DNA from: an uncultured Planctomycetia bacterium
GTDB taxonomy: Bacteria > Omnitrophota > Gorgyraeia > Tantalellales > Tantalellaceae
Assembly (NCBI GenBank): GCA_964565425.1
Contig: CAZMEZ010000002.1
Span: forward strand, 13,953 to 77,952
Reading direction: 5' to 3'
Length of the DNA: 64,000 bases
Shown here: piece after piece, positions 61,090 to 64,000 of the stretch
Layout: each line of letters starts with the position of its first letter
How positions within the stretch are numbered: position 1 is the first letter of the stretch
Made by a program: the position numbers and the translations under genes
Notes under the pieces: model-generated
Database searches by the model: none
The model's input: only the letters and a program-made list of their open reading frames with translations
What the model was told of the DNA's origin: nothing

Positions 61090-61953
61090 ATGGAAAAAGG
61101 GATAATGACACAGGGAATAGGTATCAGGAAGGATCTGTTCACGATAAAGACCTTCATATATATCTTTCTCGTGGCCGGAGCGGTTACGATGGTGATCCCG
61201 TATCTCTGGATGTTCGTAACGTCAATAAAGCCGCTGGAAGAGATACAATCTTATCCGCCCGGTTTTATAGTAAAGAATCCCACGCTGGAGCCGTACAGGG
61301 ACCTTTTCAGGATGATACCCATGATGCGGTATCTTTTTAACAGTCTTTTCGTGGCCGGGTCCGTAACGCTTTTCAACGTCTTCGCTACGTCATTGGCGGG
61401 TTACGCCTTCGCGAAACACGAGTTCTGGGGCAGGGATAAGCTGTTCTTTATATTTCTGGGATCCCTCATGATACCGTGGCAGGTCAACATAATTCCGGGG
61501 TTCGTTATAGTGAAGAAGCTCGGATGGCTGAACACCTACAGGGGGCTCATAATACCATCCATGGCGTGGTGCGCTTTCGGTATATTCCTTAGCCGGCAAT
61601 ATATATACAGTATTCCCGATGATCTTATCGACGCGGCCAGGATAGACGGATGCAGCGAGTTCATGATATACCGCAAAGTGATATTGCCGATCATAAAACC
61701 CGTTCTCGCGACGCTCGCGATCTTTACTTTTTTGCAGCAATGGAACAACTTTGTATGGCCGTTGGTGATCATCCATACCAGCGAGATGAGGACGATCCCG
61801 CTGGCGCTCGCGGTCCTGAGCGGACAGTTCGGCGTCAAGTTCAACATGATCATGGCGGGAGCGGTGATAGCGACATTGCCGATGATCGTGGTTTATATCT
61901 TATTTCAGAAATATATTATAAAGGGTGTCGCGTTAACGTGGCTTAAGGGGTGA
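61090..61953 (+). CDS. Carbohydrate ABC transporter permease (MalG/UgpE-type, CUT1)
   Basis: NSLFVA, AGYAFAK..F.GR, IPDDLIDAARIDG, WNNFVWP, FQKYIIKG. The start is uncertain (ATG 61090 or 61105). Confidence 0.93.
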   Translation: MEKGIMTQGIGIRKDLFTIKTFIYIFLVAGAVTMVIPYLWMFVTSIKPLEEIQSYPPGFIVKNPTLEPYRDLFRMIPMMRYLFNSLFVAGSVTLFNVFATSLAGYAFAKHEFWGRDKLFFIFLGSLMIPWQVNIIPGFVIVKKLGWLNTYRGLIIPSMAWCAFGIFLSRQYIYSIPDDLIDAARIDGCSEFMIYRKVILPIIKPVLATLAIFTFLQQWNNFVWPLVIIHTSEMRTIPLALAVLSGQFGVKFNMIMAGAVIATLPMIVVYILFQKYIIKGVALTWLKG

Positions 61954-61984
61954 CGAGTGACGGGTGGCGCGTGACGGGTTACTG
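61950..61984. repeat. Degenerate heptamer tandem repeat overlapping the permease stop codon
   Basis: gtgacga gtgacgg gtggcgc gtgacgg gttactg. Confidence 0.65.
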
Positions 61985-62002
61985 TAAAATAGAAAGGGTA
62001 AA

Positions 62003-63601
62003 ATGAAAAAAGCGATCGCGATATATTTGGCATGTATTTTAGGTGTTTTTACGATCTCCGGATGCGGCATGAAGGTAGAAGAGAAGGCCGAGGTAGAGGA
62101 GATAGGGCCGGTCGGGGTGGCGGAAGGCGAACCCATGGTATATCTCAAGGCTGTCGCGGCCGAGGTTTCGAGTTTTGACAAGACACCTGACTGGGCGCCC
62201 GAACCGAACCCGATGGCGCCCGCGGACGGGGACATGCTTACACGCTGGTCCAGCGATTACACCGAAGGTGACCAGTGGATATATTTTGACCTGGGCAAGC
62301 GGCGTACGGTAAGTGACGTTATAATAAGATGGGAGAGGGCCTACGCGACCAAATACCAGATCCTCGCGTCCGACGATGCCGAGAACTGGACCGTGGTCTA
62401 TGACGAGGAGAACAGCCAGGGCGGGGCGGTCGAATCGGTCTTCCCCCCCGTTAAATGCCGTTACGTGATGATCCTGGGCAAGGAGAGGGTCAACGAGGAT
62501 TGGGGCATATCCATATGGGAGGTCGAGCTATACGGGCCGCGGGCCAATAACCCGGATGTCGTGATGACCAAAGAAACATACCTCAGCAAGGGGGATGACG
62601 CCGGCAAAAAAGAAGAAGTGAAGCAACTCCTCGCGAAGCTTGCGGCAAAGCCCGTCCCGATAAAGAATAAGGAATTCCAGAAAGGCGTGGTTTATACCTC
62701 CTGGATGGCGGACGAACTTTCGATGCCGTCGTCCGACCTTACGCTCGCGTATCTGAAAGAGATCGGGTTCGACACCGTAGCCATAATGGTCCCCGCTTAC
62801 CAGGATGACCTCGATTCCAAGGAGGTCTTTACGAACGACAGGCCCGGCGGAGATACTCCGACCGACGAGGCGCTTATCCACTCTATAAAAACGTGCCATA
62901 GCATCGGCCTGAGGGTCGTTTTAAAGCCGCATGTCGACCCGAGAACGGACGAGGCGAGGATAAACATAATGCCTTCCGATGAGTGGTTCGATAGCTACGA
63001 GAAATTTGCCGTGAGGTACGCTCGCATGGCCGGGGAGCACGATGTGGAGATATATTCTATAGGGACGGAGCTTGAAGCGACCACCTTTTCAGCATGGGCG
63101 CATAGATGGGATCAGGTCATCGAAAAGGTAAAAGAGGTCTATGGAGGATTATTGACGTATTCCGCCAACTGGACGGAGTACAAGGAAGTCCCGTTCTGGG
63201 ACAAAATGGATTTCATAGGCCTGGATGCTTATTTTCCGCTCGCGGAAGTGAATGAACCTGCGCCGGAGGACCTGGTGCTTGCGTGGGAGGCGTTAGCTGA
63301 TGAGATAGAGAAGTGGCTGGGTGAAAGGGGTCTGGCCGGCAAGGGGGTCCTTCTCACGGAAATAGGTTATCCCTCGGCGGACGGCGCCGCCCGTCAGCCC
63401 TGGGTGGCCATATCGGACGCGGAAGACCAGGAGGAGCAGGCCGACTGTCTCAGGGCCACTTTCGAGGTGCTTTCAAAGCGCCCGTGGTTCAAGGGATATT
63501 ACATATGGCAGTATTTCCCGCAGGACAGGTGGAGTCCTCTCGGGTTCACCGTGAAGGGGAAGAAAGCGGAAGAAGTAATAAAGGAATGGCTGAAGAAGTA
63601 G
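62003..63601 (+). CDS. Lipoprotein with F5/8 type C (CBM32/discoidin) domain and GH113-like glycoside hydrolase (beta-mannanase family)
   Basis: Lipobox ISGC. Discoidin motifs DGD..TRWSS....QWIYFDLG...WE.AY...ISIWEVELYG. GH113-like motifs VVLKPHVD, IGTELE, LTYSANW, VPFWD..D.IG.DAYFPL, TEIGYPS. Confidence 0.88.
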   Translation: MKKAIAIYLACILGVFTISGCGMKVEEKAEVEEIGPVGVAEGEPMVYLKAVAAEVSSFDKTPDWAPEPNPMAPADGDMLTRWSSDYTEGDQWIYFDLGKRRTVSDVIIRWERAYATKYQILASDDAENWTVVYDEENSQGGAVESVFPPVKCRYVMILGKERVNEDWGISIWEVELYGPRANNPDVVMTKETYLSKGDDAGKKEEVKQLLAKLAAKPVPIKNKEFQKGVVYTSWMADELSMPSSDLTLAYLKEIGFDTVAIMVPAYQDDLDSKEVFTNDRPGGDTPTDEALIHSIKTCHSIGLRVVLKPHVDPRTDEARINIMPSDEWFDSYEKFAVRYARMAGEHDVEIYSIGTELEATTFSAWAHRWDQVIEKVKEVYGGLLTYSANWTEYKEVPFWDKMDFIGLDAYFPLAEVNEPAPEDLVLAWEALADEIEKWLGERGLAGKGVLLTEIGYPSADGAARQPWVAISDAEDQEEQADCLRATFEVLSKRPWFKGYYIWQYFPQDRWSPLGFTVKGKKAEEVIKEWLKK

Positions 63602-63607
63602 GAGTGC

Positions 63608-63694
63608 ACCCCCGCTGTTTTGCGGGACAAAACATAGCGCGGGGGTTAATTCGCACAGATCACTTAGCTTGCTTCGCCGCGCTAAGTGATGTGC
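63608..63694. repeat. Two intergenic stem-loops (REP-like or mRNA-stability elements)
   Basis: acccccgc-tgttttg/caaaaca-gcgggggt (63608-63646) and gcac..atcacttagc/gctaagtgat-gtgc (63653-63694). Confidence 0.6.
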
Positions 63695-63717
63695 TCATTA
63701 AAAGGAGGATGGTAGAT

Positions 63718-64000
63718 ATGAAGAGAGTAGTATTAGTGTTGGCGGTATTGGGTCTTGTGTTAGCGGGGACTGTTGCAGGCGCCGAAGATTCGACCGTTCT
63801 TTTTGATTTTGAGAACGGGCTCCAGGGATGGGAGATCCCGGACTGGGCGTACGAGAAGCCGGATCACGTCCAGAAAGAGATCGCTCCTTCCAGTAATTTC
63901 GCCTCGGAAGGCAACCAGAGCCTCGAGATCGATGCCGAGTTCCCGGGAGGAAGATGGACCGGCGCCATAATCGAGATCATGCAGTATTTCGACTGGACCG
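63718..64000 (+). CDS. Secreted carbohydrate-binding-module-like protein (CBM11/CBM27-like), 3'-partial
   Basis: Not in the ORF track because it has no stop in the window. RBS AGGAGG at 63703. Translation: MKRVVLVLAVLGLVLAGTVAGA-EDSTVLFDFENGLQGWEIPDW...ASEGNQSLEIDAEFPGGRWTGA...YFDWT. Confidence 0.8.
   Translation, partial: MKRVVLVLAVLGLVLAGTVAGAEDSTVLFDFENGLQGWEIPDWAYEKPDHVQKEIAPSSNFASEGNQSLEIDAEFPGGRWTGAIIEIMQYFDWT

Noticed and set aside
63773-63970. 65-aa + strand ORF in the track
   Set aside because: It is out of frame with the better-supported ORF starting at 63718, which has an RBS, a signal peptide and CBM-like sequence.

Overview
This window of bacterial DNA is coded almost entirely on the + strand. 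About 60 kb is three tandem giant genes: ORF1 (>10,990 aa, open past the left edge), ORF2 (5,892 aa) and ORF3 (~2,890 aa). They are followed by a carbohydrate-use cluster: two sugar ABC permeases, a CBM32+GH113 lipoprotein and a truncated secreted CBM-like protein. The architecture resembles the giant genes known from Candidatus Omnitrophota; that taxonomy is inference only. ORF1 carries, in order, a divergent SecA ATPase with a duplicated preprotein cross-linking domain, about 12 TM helices, six TolC/OEP-like half-repeats, YD-like repeats, CBM-like domains and a processive GT2 synthase. Six half-repeats equal three TolC protomers, so ORF1 may be a one-polypeptide trans-envelope export machine. 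ORF2 and ORF3 share a signal peptide plus a ~450-aa TraB/TIKI-like N-terminal domain, and all three giants end in a related C-terminal module. ORF2 is an enzyme mosaic: methyltransferase, zincin, HD x2, pseudo-NDK, lysozyme-like, JAMM, CPBP x2, winged helix and a PPDK-like dikinase. ORF3 fuses a sugar nucleotidyltransferase, a phosphohexomutase and a PMI-type isomerase. All domain calls come from reading motifs by eye; no HMM or structure searches were run. No rRNA, tRNA, CRISPR array or IS element was seen.
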